Source: Dehalococcoidia bacterium (GTDB lineage Bacteria > Chloroflexota > Dehalococcoidia > SHYD01). Taken from it: 64,000 nt of DNA. The notes under the pieces are model-generated. The model was not told the DNA's origin. It was given only the letters and a program-made list of their open reading frames with translations, and made no database searches. Shown here piece after piece: positions 18,103 to 28,069 of the stretch. Each line of letters opens with the position of its first letter. The stretch's first letter is position 1. Location: positions 4,418 to 68,417 of the forward strand of contig SHYE01000001.1 of the NCBI GenBank assembly GCA_009692935.1, read 5' to 3'. The translations under genes were made by a program, and so were the position numbers.

Positions 18103-20274
18103 ATGGCGATCACAGCTGTTATCGACGTTGTAGCCACCATTCCCAACGCCCGTGGCGCTGCGGCGCTGCTCGCGGCAGATGTTGCCGGCTCGCTGGGAGT
18201 GACCACAGGCGACCTGGTGAAGGTGACCAGTGGCCGGGGCCGCACCGCTCTGATCCGCATTACCGGCGAGGCGAGTAATCCGGGCACGCTGCGGCTGCAC
18301 CGCCTGAGCCTGCGGGCGCTGCGGGTGCAACCCGAAGAGCAGGTCACTATCGAGCGAAGCGAAGCGCCGGCGGCGGCCCGGGTGGTGCTGATGCCCGGCT
18401 ACAGCGTCCTGGGCTTCAACCCCCAGTTCGTGACGTATGCGAAGCAGTTGTTGGCGAACCCACCTACGCCGGTGACCGAGGGCACGCTGGTGGCAATACC
18501 GCACCCTACCTCCAACGCCGAGATGACCCTGGAGGTGCACTCGATGACCGGCGGCGAAGGCCTGCTGACGGCCGACACCGAGTTGTTCATCGAGGTGGAC
18601 CCGCTGCACGAACACGAGGCCGGGGCCACCCACCGGCATGGGGCCTCCGGCGCAACCGCAGCCTCGGGCAGCATCACCTACGACGATATCGGTGGCCTGC
18701 ACGAGCAGCTCAAGGCGGTGCGCGAGTTCGTGGAGTTACCGCTGGTTTTCCCGGAAACCTACCGCCAACTGGGCATCACGCCGCCGCGCGGCATCATCTT
18801 CTATGGCGCACCCGGCACCGGCAAAACCTTGCTGGCACGCGCCGTGGCGAATGAAGTGAACGCCCACTTCTACTACATCAATGGCCCCGAGGTGGTAGGC
18901 AGCTACAGCGGTCAGACCGAAGAGAACCTGCGCAAGCTGTTCCGCAGCGCCTACTCCAGCCCGCCCGCAATCATCTTCATCGACGAACTGGATGTCATCG
19001 CACCGGTCCGCGGCGATACCGGCACCCTCAGCGACACTCGGGCGGTGACCCAGTTGCTGACCCTGATGGACGGTCTGCAGCAGGCCGAGGGCATCATGGT
19101 TATCGGCACCACCAACCGCATCGAAACCATCGACCCAGCGCTGCGGCGGCCCGGCCGGTTCGACAAAGAGATCTACTTTCCGACCCCGCCGGCCGACGCA
19201 CGCGAGGAGATCCTACGTATCCACACCCGTGAGATGCCGCTGACCGCAGACGCGTTGAAGGCGTTGCCGGCGGTTGCCCAGCGCTGCTACGGCTACGTGG
19301 GCGCCGACCTAATGGAGTTGAGCAGGGAAGCAGGCCTCACGTCGTTACGCCGGGCGGCCGCCGAGTTCCTGAACGATCCCCAAGCTGCGGCCAAGCTCGA
19401 TGCCAGCCAACTCACCGTGTCCGCCGCTGACTTCGACGTGGCCACCAGCGTGGTGCGGCCGGCCTCCATGCGCGAGTCGCTGTTGTCGTACCCCACCGTA
19501 CGCTGGGCCGATATCGGTGGATTGAACGAGGCCAAGCGCCGCTTGATAGAGCTGGTGCAGCGCCCGTTGAAGCAGCCCGAGGCGCTGGCCCGGCTGCGGC
19601 TGCCCTCCAACCTGGGCATATTGCTGTACGGACCGCCAGGAACCGGCAAGACCTTGCTGGCCCAGGCGGTGGGCCGCGAATTCGGCCTTAACTTTATCGG
19701 CGTCAACGGCCCCGAACTCTTCTCCAGCTGGATCGGCGAGACGGAAGAGAATGTTCGGCACATCTTCAATCTGGCCCGCCGCGTCGCACCCAGCGTGATC
19801 TTCTTCGACCAGCTCGACGCGATCGCCCCGAACCGCACCGCCAGCCAAGCCCCCACCACCGGCTCGCAGCAGCGCATTGTGAACCAGTTGTTGACCGAAC
19901 TCGACGGTATGGAGGGCTTGAACCAGGTGTTCGTGATTGCCGCCACCAACAACTTCGAGGTGGTGGACCCTGGGCTGCTGCGGCCGGGCCGGTTCGGCGT
20001 GCACCTGCAGATCGGCCTGCCGGACGAAGCCGAGCGCGCCGATATCTTCCAGGTCCAGCTCCGCGGAGTCGGCTTGGCGCCGGGGCTCGATCTCGACTCG
20101 GTCACCACCAGGCTTGCGGCTGCCACGCCGGGCAAAGCGGGCGCTGACCTCGCCTACGTGTGCCAGGCCGCCAAGATGCGCGCACTGGATCGCGCTGAGG
20201 GCGACGGCAACCTGGTGTTGACGCAAGCCGACTTCGATCAAGCACTCGCGGAGTTCCACGCCGAGCGGCACTAG
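18103..20274 (+). CDS. Cdc48/p97/VAT-like double-AAA ATPase
   Basis: N-domain; D1 TYDDIGGL, GAPGTGKT, FIDELD, ALRRPGRFD; D2 WADIGGL, GPPGTGKT, FFDQLD, LLRPGRF. Confidence 0.92.
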   Translation: MAITAVIDVVATIPNARGAAALLAADVAGSLGVTTGDLVKVTSGRGRTALIRITGEASNPGTLRLHRLSLRALRVQPEEQVTIERSEAPAAARVVLMPGYSVLGFNPQFVTYAKQLLANPPTPVTEGTLVAIPHPTSNAEMTLEVHSMTGGEGLLTADTELFIEVDPLHEHEAGATHRHGASGATAASGSITYDDIGGLHEQLKAVREFVELPLVFPETYRQLGITPPRGIIFYGAPGTGKTLLARAVANEVNAHFYYINGPEVVGSYSGQTEENLRKLFRSAYSSPPAIIFIDELDVIAPVRGDTGTLSDTRAVTQLLTLMDGLQQAEGIMVIGTTNRIETIDPALRRPGRFDKEIYFPTPPADAREEILRIHTREMPLTADALKALPAVAQRCYGYVGADLMELSREAGLTSLRRAAAEFLNDPQAAAKLDASQLTVSAADFDVATSVVRPASMRESLLSYPTVRWADIGGLNEAKRRLIELVQRPLKQPEALARLRLPSNLGILLYGPPGTGKTLLAQAVGREFGLNFIGVNGPELFSSWIGETEENVRHIFNLARRVAPSVIFFDQLDAIAPNRTASQAPTTGSQQRIVNQLLTELDGMEGLNQVFVIAATNNFEVVDPGLLRPGRFGVHLQIGLPDEAERADIFQVQLRGVGLAPGLDLDSVTTRLAAATPGKAGADLAYVCQAAKMRALDRAEGDGNLVLTQADFDQALAEFHAERH

Positions 20275-20286
20275 TTCGACAGACAC

Positions 20287-20580
20287 ATGGAACTGGAGTT
20301 CAGGCATCGGCGGCTGAGGGTCGCTTATGAGAATGAGCGGGAAGCTATCCGTCTTTGGGGGCTTGGAGCGGGAAAGCGCTACGGTGACTTGCTGGAGACT
20401 ATCGAGGAAGCCAAGGAGTGGACCGTGCTGTACACCGTTCGGGCCATGCGACTCCATCCGTTGCACGGTAACCGGGCGGGTCAATTTGCGATAGCCCTTA
20501 CCGGCAGGTGGAGACTGATTCTGAGTGTGCGAGATAATGTGGTCATCGTAGAGGAGGTCACGCGGCACTATGACGACTAA
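20287..20580 (+). CDS. higB: HigB-like (RelE superfamily) toxin
   Basis: RLHPLHGNRAGQFAIALTGRWRLI...EEVTRHY; toxin-first order. Confidence 0.8.
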   Translation: MELEFRHRRLRVAYENEREAIRLWGLGAGKRYGDLLETIEEAKEWTVLYTVRAMRLHPLHGNRAGQFAIALTGRWRLILSVRDNVVIVEEVTRHYDD

Positions 20581-20845
20581 GAGTACCTACACAACCAACC
20601 ACGTAACACCGCCAGGGAGAATCTTGGCAGCTGAGCTAAAGGAGCGTGGCATCACTCGATCGGCATTTTCTCGCGCAACACACCTATCTCCGATGGTTCT
20701 CTCTGCCCTACTCAAGGGAGCTGGCAACCTTACGCCGGAGATCGCAGCTATACTGGCGGCCGAGCTCGGTATTCCGGCAGACCTATGGCTGGGCCTCGAG
20801 CGCAGGTACCGTGAAGCCCTCGATCGGGCTGCTGCGGTTGCGTAA
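20570..20845 (+). CDS. higA: HigA-like XRE antitoxin
   Basis: PPGRILAAELKERGIT...LTPEIAAILA...DLWLGLE. Confidence 0.82.
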   Translation: MTTKSTYTTNHVTPPGRILAAELKERGITRSAFSRATHLSPMVLSALLKGAGNLTPEIAAILAAELGIPADLWLGLERRYREALDRAAAVA

Positions 20846-20870
20846 CAGACGAAAACCCGAGAGGGCCAGA

Positions 20871-22031
20871 ATGCGAAACGGACAACGCGTGTATGACGCC
20901 GATACCCACCTGCAGCCAACCGCTGAGGCGCTGGAGCGCTTTCTGCCCAAGCTGATCCGGGACCGAATCCCCGACCTCGACAAGTTCAAGTCCCCCATCA
21001 AGATCGGGCTGGCCGGCGAGAGCCGGCCGGAGCCGTACCGCCACTACTACCGCTTTGGCGGTGGCGAAGGCGGTTGGGGCGGGGATAACGTGCGCATTCT
21101 GGGCGACGCCGGCCCGCGCCCCGGGATGCAGCGGCGGTTCCAGAAGTTCATGGGCGCCAAGCACCCCACCGACGGCGGCATCGACTACGCTGACATTCGC
21201 CTGCAGGATATGGACGAGGAGGGCATCGACGTGCAGTTGATGGTGCCCTCGGGCGCCAACGGCCACGCCGACCGCGAGATCGAGCTGGCCTTTATTCAAG
21301 CCAACCACGAGTTCCTGGATGACTTCTGCGGCGCCGACCCAGCCCGGCTGAAGTCGCTCATTGTGGTGAGTGCCCGCTCGGTCGACGAGTCGGTGGCCGA
21401 GATCAAGCGGTGGGGCGGCAAGCGCTGGGCGGCCGGCATTCAGCCTTACCTGCCGCTGGATTACCCAATCGATCACCCCGACCTCAACCCGATTTGGCAG
21501 GCGGCCGAAACAGCCAACCTCACCGTAGTGCACCACAGCTTCGCCAGCGGTTACCCAGGCTACCGTGACCTGTGGAGCAACCCCTTTATCGGCCGCACCG
21601 CCAGCCATCCCTGGGGTGCAATGCGCATGGTGGCGGCGTTCTTCGGCTCCGGCATCATGGACCGCTACCCGGCGCTGAAGTGCGCCGTGCTCGAATCGGG
21701 CTTCGGCTGGCTGCCCTTCTGGGCCAAGCGCATGGACGACCAGGTGGAGTACATGGGCTATGTGGCCGATGACCTGAAGCAGAAGCCCAGCGACTACATG
21801 ACCGGCGGCCGCTTCTTCTGCAGCATCGTGCTGCACGAGGGCCCCGAAATGGTGAAGATGGTCGACAGTATGCTGGGCGACCACATCCTGATGTTCGGGT
21901 CGGACTACCCACACGCCGAGTCCCGTTTCCCGGAATCGGCCGACAAGGTGTTGGGCTGGGAGAACCTATCGCCTGACGAGATGCAGAAGTTGCTGTGGGG
22001 CAACGCGGTCCGGGCCTTCGGTGAGCCGTAA
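20871..22031 (+). CDS. Amidohydrolase family 2 protein
   Basis: DADTH, LESGFGWLP, FGSDYPHAES; ATG 20871. Confidence 0.9.
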   Translation: MRNGQRVYDADTHLQPTAEALERFLPKLIRDRIPDLDKFKSPIKIGLAGESRPEPYRHYYRFGGGEGGWGGDNVRILGDAGPRPGMQRRFQKFMGAKHPTDGGIDYADIRLQDMDEEGIDVQLMVPSGANGHADREIELAFIQANHEFLDDFCGADPARLKSLIVVSARSVDESVAEIKRWGGKRWAAGIQPYLPLDYPIDHPDLNPIWQAAETANLTVVHHSFASGYPGYRDLWSNPFIGRTASHPWGAMRMVAAFFGSGIMDRYPALKCAVLESGFGWLPFWAKRMDDQVEYMGYVADDLKQKPSDYMTGGRFFCSIVLHEGPEMVKMVDSMLGDHILMFGSDYPHAESRFPESADKVLGWENLSPDEMQKLLWGNAVRAFGEP

Positions 22032-22103
22032 CCCCCGCCCAGTGCCTTACAGGACGGAGCGCGATTAACACGCCCCGTCAGTGACAAGAGGAGTGATCAC
22101 GAT

Positions 22104-22568
22104 ATGGAAGCCGAAAACCGCCTCGCAGCACTGGGGCTGACGCTCCCCGCACCGTCCACCCCCGCTGCGAACTACGTCGCCTACGTCATCGCGAACGACA
22201 TGTTGTACCTTGCGGGGCATGGCCAGCCGGGCGATACCACAGCCCCCAAGCGCGGCAAGCTCGGTCGCGATCTGACCACTGACCAAGGCTATCAAGCAGC
22301 GCGCATGGTGGGCCTGAACCTGCTGGGCACCATGAAGGCAGCCCTCGGCGATCTTGATCGCGTCCGCCAGATCGTCAAAGTGTTGGGCATGGTGAATTGC
22401 ACGTCCGATTTCGGCGAGATGCCGCTGGTCATCAACGGTGCATCGGACCTGCTGGTGCAGGTGTTCGGCGAAAAGGGCCGTCACGCTCGCTCTGCAGTCG
22501 GCATGCAGGCGCTACCCTTCGGCATCCCCGTGGAGATCGAGATGGTGGTGCAAATCGAGACACTTTAA
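22104..22568 (+). CDS. RidA/YjgF family protein
   Basis: PAANYVAY, INGASDLLVQVFGEKGRHARSAVG, VEIE. Confidence 0.92.
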   Translation: MEAENRLAALGLTLPAPSTPAANYVAYVIANDMLYLAGHGQPGDTTAPKRGKLGRDLTTDQGYQAARMVGLNLLGTMKAALGDLDRVRQIVKVLGMVNCTSDFGEMPLVINGASDLLVQVFGEKGRHARSAVGMQALPFGIPVEIEMVVQIETL

Positions 22569-22601
22569 GCAGTACTGTGGACGCTTCTTCCGCTCAAGAC
22601 A

Positions 22602-22635
22602 AAGCGACCCCGGACCATCTGGTCCGGGGTCGCTT
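22602..22635. terminator. Hairpin after ridA-like gene
   Basis: AAGCGACCCCGGACCA-tc-TGGTCCGGGGTCGCTT, 16-bp stem. Confidence 0.7.
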
Positions 22636-22959
22636 GATCCGCGATGTGTGCTCTAGCGGCCTTCGTCCTGCAAACTGCGCAGAAGCTTCTGCGCTTCAAG
22701 CTGCAGGCGGCGCTCGGTTTCGGTACCGAGCGCTGCCCACGCAGCCGGATGTTGGCCGGCTATCGTCGCCATTGCTGCGCTGTTCACGTTGCGGCTAACC
22801 AACGGCTCGGGCTTGCCCTCAATAACTAGCCATGGCGTCCGACACACCGCTACGGCATGGAGCGTACCGGCCCAGTGCGAGGCTCCAACGGTAACGCCAC
22901 CGGCGGCCGAGCGTACAGCGCCGTCTTCTGCCAGCAATGCCAACCCCCAGTAGTAGTTG

Positions 22960-23236
22960 CCGTACCGTCGGCGTAGCCGTGCCACGGTGTTCTTCCCCAC
23001 GTCAATGGCCTTGGCAATGGCCACATCACTCATGTCTGGGCCGTCTGCGCTGCGGTCAGCCTTTGAGGAGAACCTGGGCGTGCATCAGCACTCGTGCGGC
23101 AGCGCTCCCTCCTCTGAGGAGCTTGCGGAGCGTCGTACGTTCTTCTCCTGGGAGGGTCACCATGAAGCGTTTCATACTGGAGATAACGCGTACCACCCCA
23201 GCGCGTATCACCCATATACCCGTGGCCGACCACTAG
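22960..23236 (-). mobile_element. IS630-family remnant: element end plus frameshifted transposase N-terminal HTH
   Basis: Minus strand from 23175: MKRFMVTLPGEERTTLRKLLRGGSAAARVLMHAQVLLK / ADRSADGPDMSDVAIAKAIDVGKNTVARLRRRY; boundary CTAGTGGTCGGCCAC at a CTAG site. Confidence 0.75.
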
Positions 23237-23841
23237 GTACCAAGTTGCAGTGGACGAACCCGCTCGGCACCCGTCAGGTGCACTTGCAGGTGATTCCCGC
23301 CAACAGCGATGGTCCTGACCTGAACCTGCCGCTGGGCCTGCAAAGCGAGTTCGAGGTGCCGGCTCCGCCCGCCTGGTACGGCCTGCTGCTCGGCATGACC
23401 TATCGCTGGTGGGTTCGCATCACCGATCAAGAGCTGCCGGTGCCCGCAGATCACCCCACTTGGGGCGCTTGGGGCGAATCGAGTTTCCGGACTCCCTCGG
23501 TCGATAGCAGTGGCATCAACGCCGTCAGCCCCGCGAACGGGGGTACCGTCACGGGCATCACACCGACGCTGACGTGGGCGCACTCCCGCCCCGACGTGTT
23601 CTATTACAAGGTGCAGCTCTCTAAGGACGCTGCCTTCAATACGGACGGTGTGACAGCCGTGGCTTCGGTCTATGGCGCACTGATTCACGGCGGGGTAACG
23701 TCCCCAGCGAACACCTACACCGTGCCTGCAAGTGCGCCACTCGAGGGTGCGCCCACGTACTTCTGGCGAGTACGACCACGGGTGCAGGGCGACGGGCTGC
23801 CTGTGCCCTTCACTGCTACCTTCAGCTTTCGGACACCGTAA
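23233..23841 (+). pseudogene. Decapitated gene: orphan ~200-aa C-terminal module (two Fn3-like repeats)
   Basis: Homologous to 24340-24949; homology starts at the IS630 boundary. Confidence 0.7.
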
Positions 23842-23858
23842 CTCGGAAGGTTCTGTTC

Positions 23859-24949
23859 ATGCGACTGCGCACGATAGTCTTGTTTGCCTTGGCTGCGGCC
23901 GTGGCAATGCTGTTTGTGCGGGCTGGCGCCCTAGCAGCCGAGGATGCGGAGGTGGAGATCGAGGGCTTCGCGTTCAAGCTGGCCAACGTCACCATTATGG
24001 TCGGCCAAGCGGTACGCTTCACCAACAAAGACGACGCGCCTCACCCCGCCACTGCCGTTGGTGGCGAGTTCAACTCCGGTGTGCTGACCAAGGGTCAGCG
24101 CGCGGTGATCACCTTTACCTTCCCCGCTACGTTGGCGTACTTCTGCGAGATTCATCCCAGCATACGTGGCTCGGTAACGGTGGTTCCAGGCGCGGTGCCC
24201 ACAGCCTCGCCATCGCCGCCTACGAGCACGCCTGGCGTCACCGGCACGCCGGCGCCGGCCAGTACGCCGACGCCGGCGTGCCACCCCACCAGGCCCCTCG
24301 GCACAACTGCATCTGCCACCGGCGGGTAGCACGCTACCTGTGCTGGGCACTGAACTCGCTTGGTCCAATCCGGCAAGCGTCCGCTACACCCAGGTGCAAC
24401 TCATCCCCGCCAACAACGACAGCCCAGGCGTCGACCTGATCTTGGGGCCGGTCAACCGGTTCGCGGTGCCTGCGCCTCCAGGCTGGTACGGCATGTTGCC
24501 CGATATGACCTATAGCTGGCGCGTGCGGCTAACCGCGTCGCTCCTAGAGCCGTCGATCGAGAGCGCTACGTGGGGGCCGTGGGTGCAGACGAACTTCCGT
24601 ACTCCCGCTATCGCCGCCAGTGTGGTCAGCGGAGCTAGCCCTGCGGAAGGCAGCACCGTCGGCAGCCGCACACCCACCCTGACCTGGGCTAGCAGCCGCC
24701 CCGACCTGTACTACTACGAGGTGCAGTTGAGCAAGGACGGCAGCTTCAACACGGATCCCCAAACGCGACTGCGTCGGTGTACAACGCACTCATTCACGGC
24801 GCGATCACAAGCCCCGTGAACAGCTACACAATCCCGTCGAGCGCCCCCGTGGAGCCTGGACCCGCTATCACTGGCGGGTGCGGCCGCGTGTGCAGGGCGA
24901 TGGTACCCCCCTTGCCTTCACGCCGGTGTACAGCTTCCGGACGCCCTAA
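23859..24949 (+). pseudogene. Secreted cupredoxin + Pro/Thr linker + C-terminal module, three frameshifts
   Basis: Signal peptide; NKDDAPH...YFCEIHPSIRG; frameshifts near 24280, 24765 and 24860 rejoin a protein ending RVRPRVQGDG...SFRTP*. Confidence 0.75.
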
Positions 24950-24979
24950 GAGAGGGCGCTTAGAATGCCCTCTCCTTTT
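24950..24979 (+). terminator. Rho-independent terminator
   Basis: GAGAGGGC...GCCCTCTC followed by cTTTT. Confidence 0.6.
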
Positions 24980-25038
24980 GACCACGGGCTGGGTAGCCTC
25001 CTACACTGAATGCTCAGCCCTTCAGCGTAGGAGTCTGC

Positions 25039-26832
25039 ATGTCCTCCAGTGATTTCCGGTTCTCGCCGCGCCCGAACAAAGCCCACACCATCGAATGGCG
25101 TGAATGGGGTGACACCGCGTTCGAACAGGCCAAGGCCGATGGTAAGCCAGTTCTGCTCTCGATCTCAGCGGTTTGGTGCCACTGGTGCCACGTGATGGAC
25201 GAGACCTCGTACTCCGACGATGAGGTGATCGACCGCATCAACCAGCATTTCGTGCCGATTCGAGTCGATAACGATCGCCGGCCCGACATCAACGCCCGCT
25301 ACAACCAGGGCGGCTGGCCGACGACGGCGTTTCTCACCGCCGAGGGCGAGATATTGGCGGGCGCAACCTACCTGCCGGCCGAGCGGATGCGTGGCGTACT
25401 AGACCAAGTACGCGACTACTACAGCACCAGCGCTTCGGAGATAGCCCAGAAAGTAGCCGAGATTCGAGCGCGCCGAGAAGCCGCGGCGCCTCGTTCGAGC
25501 GAAAGCACCCAGCCGGACGAGACGCTGGTCACCGCAACGATCGAGAGCATCCGGAGCGCCTACGACCCTACCTATGGCGGCTTGGGGAACGAACCGAAGT
25601 TCCCGCATCCAGAAGCCTTCAACCTGTTGCTCGACCAGTATGTTCGAACCGGCGACCTCTCCCTGCTGCACATGGTCACCAACACCCTCGACCAAATGCG
25701 CTCTCGCGGCATTTGGGACAAAGTGGAGGGCGCATTCTTCCGCTATTCCACCACCAAGGACTGGGAAATCCCGCACTTCGAGAAGATGCTGGAGGGCGAG
25801 GCGGGGCTGTTACGCAACTACCTGTACGCCTATCGAGTGACCGGCGAGGCATCCTACCTGGACACGGCGCGCGGCATGATGGCGTACCTGAATCGGACGC
25901 TGTTCGACCAGGAACGCAGCTTCTTCTACGGATCGCAGGATGCTGATGAGCATTACTTCGCGCAGCCGAAAGAGGAGCGGGCCAAGCTTCAGGCCCCGTT
26001 CGTCGACCCGACCCTGTATGTGAACTGGAACGCACAGATGGTATCGAGCTATCTGGAAGCGGCCTGGACCATGGACGACCCCGCCCCGCTCGAGCAGGCG
26101 CTGAAAGTGCTGGAGTTTCTGTGGGAGACCTGCCGCGACCGCGATGGTGGCATGCTGCACTATTACGATGGCGAAGCGAAGGTCAGCGGGCTGTTGACGG
26201 ACCAAGTCGCCGTGGCCCTTGCACTGCTCGACGCCCATGATGCGACCGGGGACCGGTCGCATCTCGAAAGGGCCTTGACGCTTGCGCAGGCCATTTTGCA
26301 GGGCTATCCCGATGCCGACGCATCTGGGTTCTTCGACCTGAAGAACGAACATGACACGCTGGGGAACCTGCAGTTTCGCACCAAGAACATCGATGAGAAT
26401 GCGGCGGCGGCCGAAGTGTTCAAACGGCTGGAACGCCTGCTGGGCGAGCAGGCCTTTGGTGAACTCTCGGCATCGGCCATGGCGTCGTTTGCCGATGGAC
26501 CGCAGCATTACGGGTACTTCGCGTCGGGGTTCGCGCGCACGTACCTGCGCACCAGTCTCGAGCCGCTGGAGGCGCACATCGTGGGTGACCCCGCACTGCT
26601 GGCGACTCGGGCGTTGCTGTGGGGAACGTTGCGTCTCAAGCAACTGGCCAAGGTGGTCATGGTGCTGGACCCATCAGACGAGGACGAGCTGGGGGAGTTC
26701 GGGTACCCGCCCACGCCAGCACCGGCCGTCTACGTCTGCTACAGCGGTACATGCTCGGCGCCGGTGCAAACGCTCGAACACCTTGCCGCTGCGGCTGAAT
26801 CGTCGACTGCGCCGTTTCGAGCCTTGTCATGA
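25039..26832 (+). CDS. DUF255/YyaL thioredoxin-like + alpha/alpha-toroid protein
   Basis: WCHWCHVM, GGWPTT, EPKFP, IPHFEKML, SQDAD. Confidence 0.9.
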   Translation: MSSSDFRFSPRPNKAHTIEWREWGDTAFEQAKADGKPVLLSISAVWCHWCHVMDETSYSDDEVIDRINQHFVPIRVDNDRRPDINARYNQGGWPTTAFLTAEGEILAGATYLPAERMRGVLDQVRDYYSTSASEIAQKVAEIRARREAAAPRSSESTQPDETLVTATIESIRSAYDPTYGGLGNEPKFPHPEAFNLLLDQYVRTGDLSLLHMVTNTLDQMRSRGIWDKVEGAFFRYSTTKDWEIPHFEKMLEGEAGLLRNYLYAYRVTGEASYLDTARGMMAYLNRTLFDQERSFFYGSQDADEHYFAQPKEERAKLQAPFVDPTLYVNWNAQMVSSYLEAAWTMDDPAPLEQALKVLEFLWETCRDRDGGMLHYYDGEAKVSGLLTDQVAVALALLDAHDATGDRSHLERALTLAQAILQGYPDADASGFFDLKNEHDTLGNLQFRTKNIDENAAAAEVFKRLERLLGEQAFGELSASAMASFADGPQHYGYFASGFARTYLRTSLEPLEAHIVGDPALLATRALLWGTLRLKQLAKVVMVLDPSDEDELGEFGYPPTPAPAVYVCYSGTCSAPVQTLEHLAAAAESSTAPFRALS

Positions 26833-26920
26833 TACGCGCCGCCAGACTTCTTGGAGTTTTGATGGCGTTGACTTTCGTGGTGGCGGAAGTAGCGTTGATC
26901 TGTCAGTCATCGGCCCCACG

Positions 26921-28003
26921 ATGAGCCTGCTGGAGGCGACCGTCGCGAGCATTGCGCCACTGAACGCAAGCGCGCAGACGGCTGCGCTCGCTCGCCAGAG
27001 CCAGCTCACCAAGCCACCGGGCGCCCTGGGGCGGCTGGAAGCACTGTCGGTCCAGATCGCCGGTATCACCGGAATGTTGTGCCCGCCCTTGGACCAACGT
27101 GCGGTCGTTGTTATGGCGGGCGATCATGGGGTAGCGCTGCAGGGTGTCAGCGCGTACCCGCGCGACGTGACCGCGCAGATGGTGCTGAACTTTCTTGCCG
27201 GCGGCGCTGCGGTCAACGTGCTTGCTCGGCAGATGAGTACCCGAGTGCGGATTGTCGACATCGGTGTAGCGTCGCCGCTGGCCCCGCACGCGGACTTGTT
27301 GTCGCGCCGGGTGGCGAATGGGACGGCGGATATCACGCTGGGCCCGGCGATGTCGCGAGACCAGGCCCGCCAAGCCGTCGAAATCGGGATCGAGGTGGTG
27401 ACGGCAGAGCATGCGCTGGGGCTGCATCTGGTGGCAACCGGCGAAATGGGCATCGGCAACACCACGCCCTCGGCGGCGTTGGTGTGTGCCTTCACCGGGG
27501 CAGACCCCGCCGTCGCGACCGGCCGCGGTACCGGAATCGACGATGACGCCTGGCAGCGCAAGGTGGCAGTGGTACGCAGGGGGCTGGCGCTGCATCGGCC
27601 CGACGCCAACGATGGGATGGGCACGCTGGCAGCGTTGGGCGGGTACGAGATCGCCGGATTGGCCGGGGTCATTCTCGGAGCAGCGGCACGCCGGGTCCCT
27701 GTCGTGATCGACGGGTTCATCTCTACTGCTGCGGCGCTTGCCGCCGTGGCTCTCGCTCCCGCCGCTCGCCCGTACCTGATCGCCAGCCACCGTTCGGCCG
27801 AGCCTGGGCACATCTTGGCCTTGAACCACCTTGGCCTGCATGCACTGTTGGATATGGACATGCGATTGGGTGAGGGCAGCGGGGCGCTGCTGGCCTTTCC
27901 GCTGGTCGAGGCGGCCGTCCGCACGCTGAACCAAATGGCAACCTTCGCCGACGCCGGAGTTTCAGGGCCGGCCGACCCCAACGAGCCTGGGCCGGCCCGT
28001 TAG
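26921..28003 (+). CDS. cobT: Nicotinate-nucleotide--dimethylbenzimidazole phosphoribosyltransferase
   Basis: LTKPPGALGRLE, AGDHGV, GEMGIGNTT, MRLGEGSGA. Confidence 0.95.
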   Translation: MSLLEATVASIAPLNASAQTAALARQSQLTKPPGALGRLEALSVQIAGITGMLCPPLDQRAVVVMAGDHGVALQGVSAYPRDVTAQMVLNFLAGGAAVNVLARQMSTRVRIVDIGVASPLAPHADLLSRRVANGTADITLGPAMSRDQARQAVEIGIEVVTAEHALGLHLVATGEMGIGNTTPSAALVCAFTGADPAVATGRGTGIDDDAWQRKVAVVRRGLALHRPDANDGMGTLAALGGYEIAGLAGVILGAAARRVPVVIDGFISTAAALAAVALAPAARPYLIASHRSAEPGHILALNHLGLHALLDMDMRLGEGSGALLAFPLVEAAVRTLNQMATFADAGVSGPADPNEPGPAR

Positions 28004-28069
28004 GGTGTGGTTGGCGAAGTCTTGGCGGTGTCCGGCCTGGGCTAACGGCGAACAGGAACCACGGCGGCG

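Noticed and set aside
22957..23232. N-terminal part of ORF 22957-23841 as a real protein start
   Set aside because: It is the antisense of the IS630 remnant; homology to the paralog begins only at 23233
26833..26920. Cobalamin riboswitch upstream of cobT (also checked 47154-47228)
   Set aside because: Regions are short and lack recognisable B12-box elements
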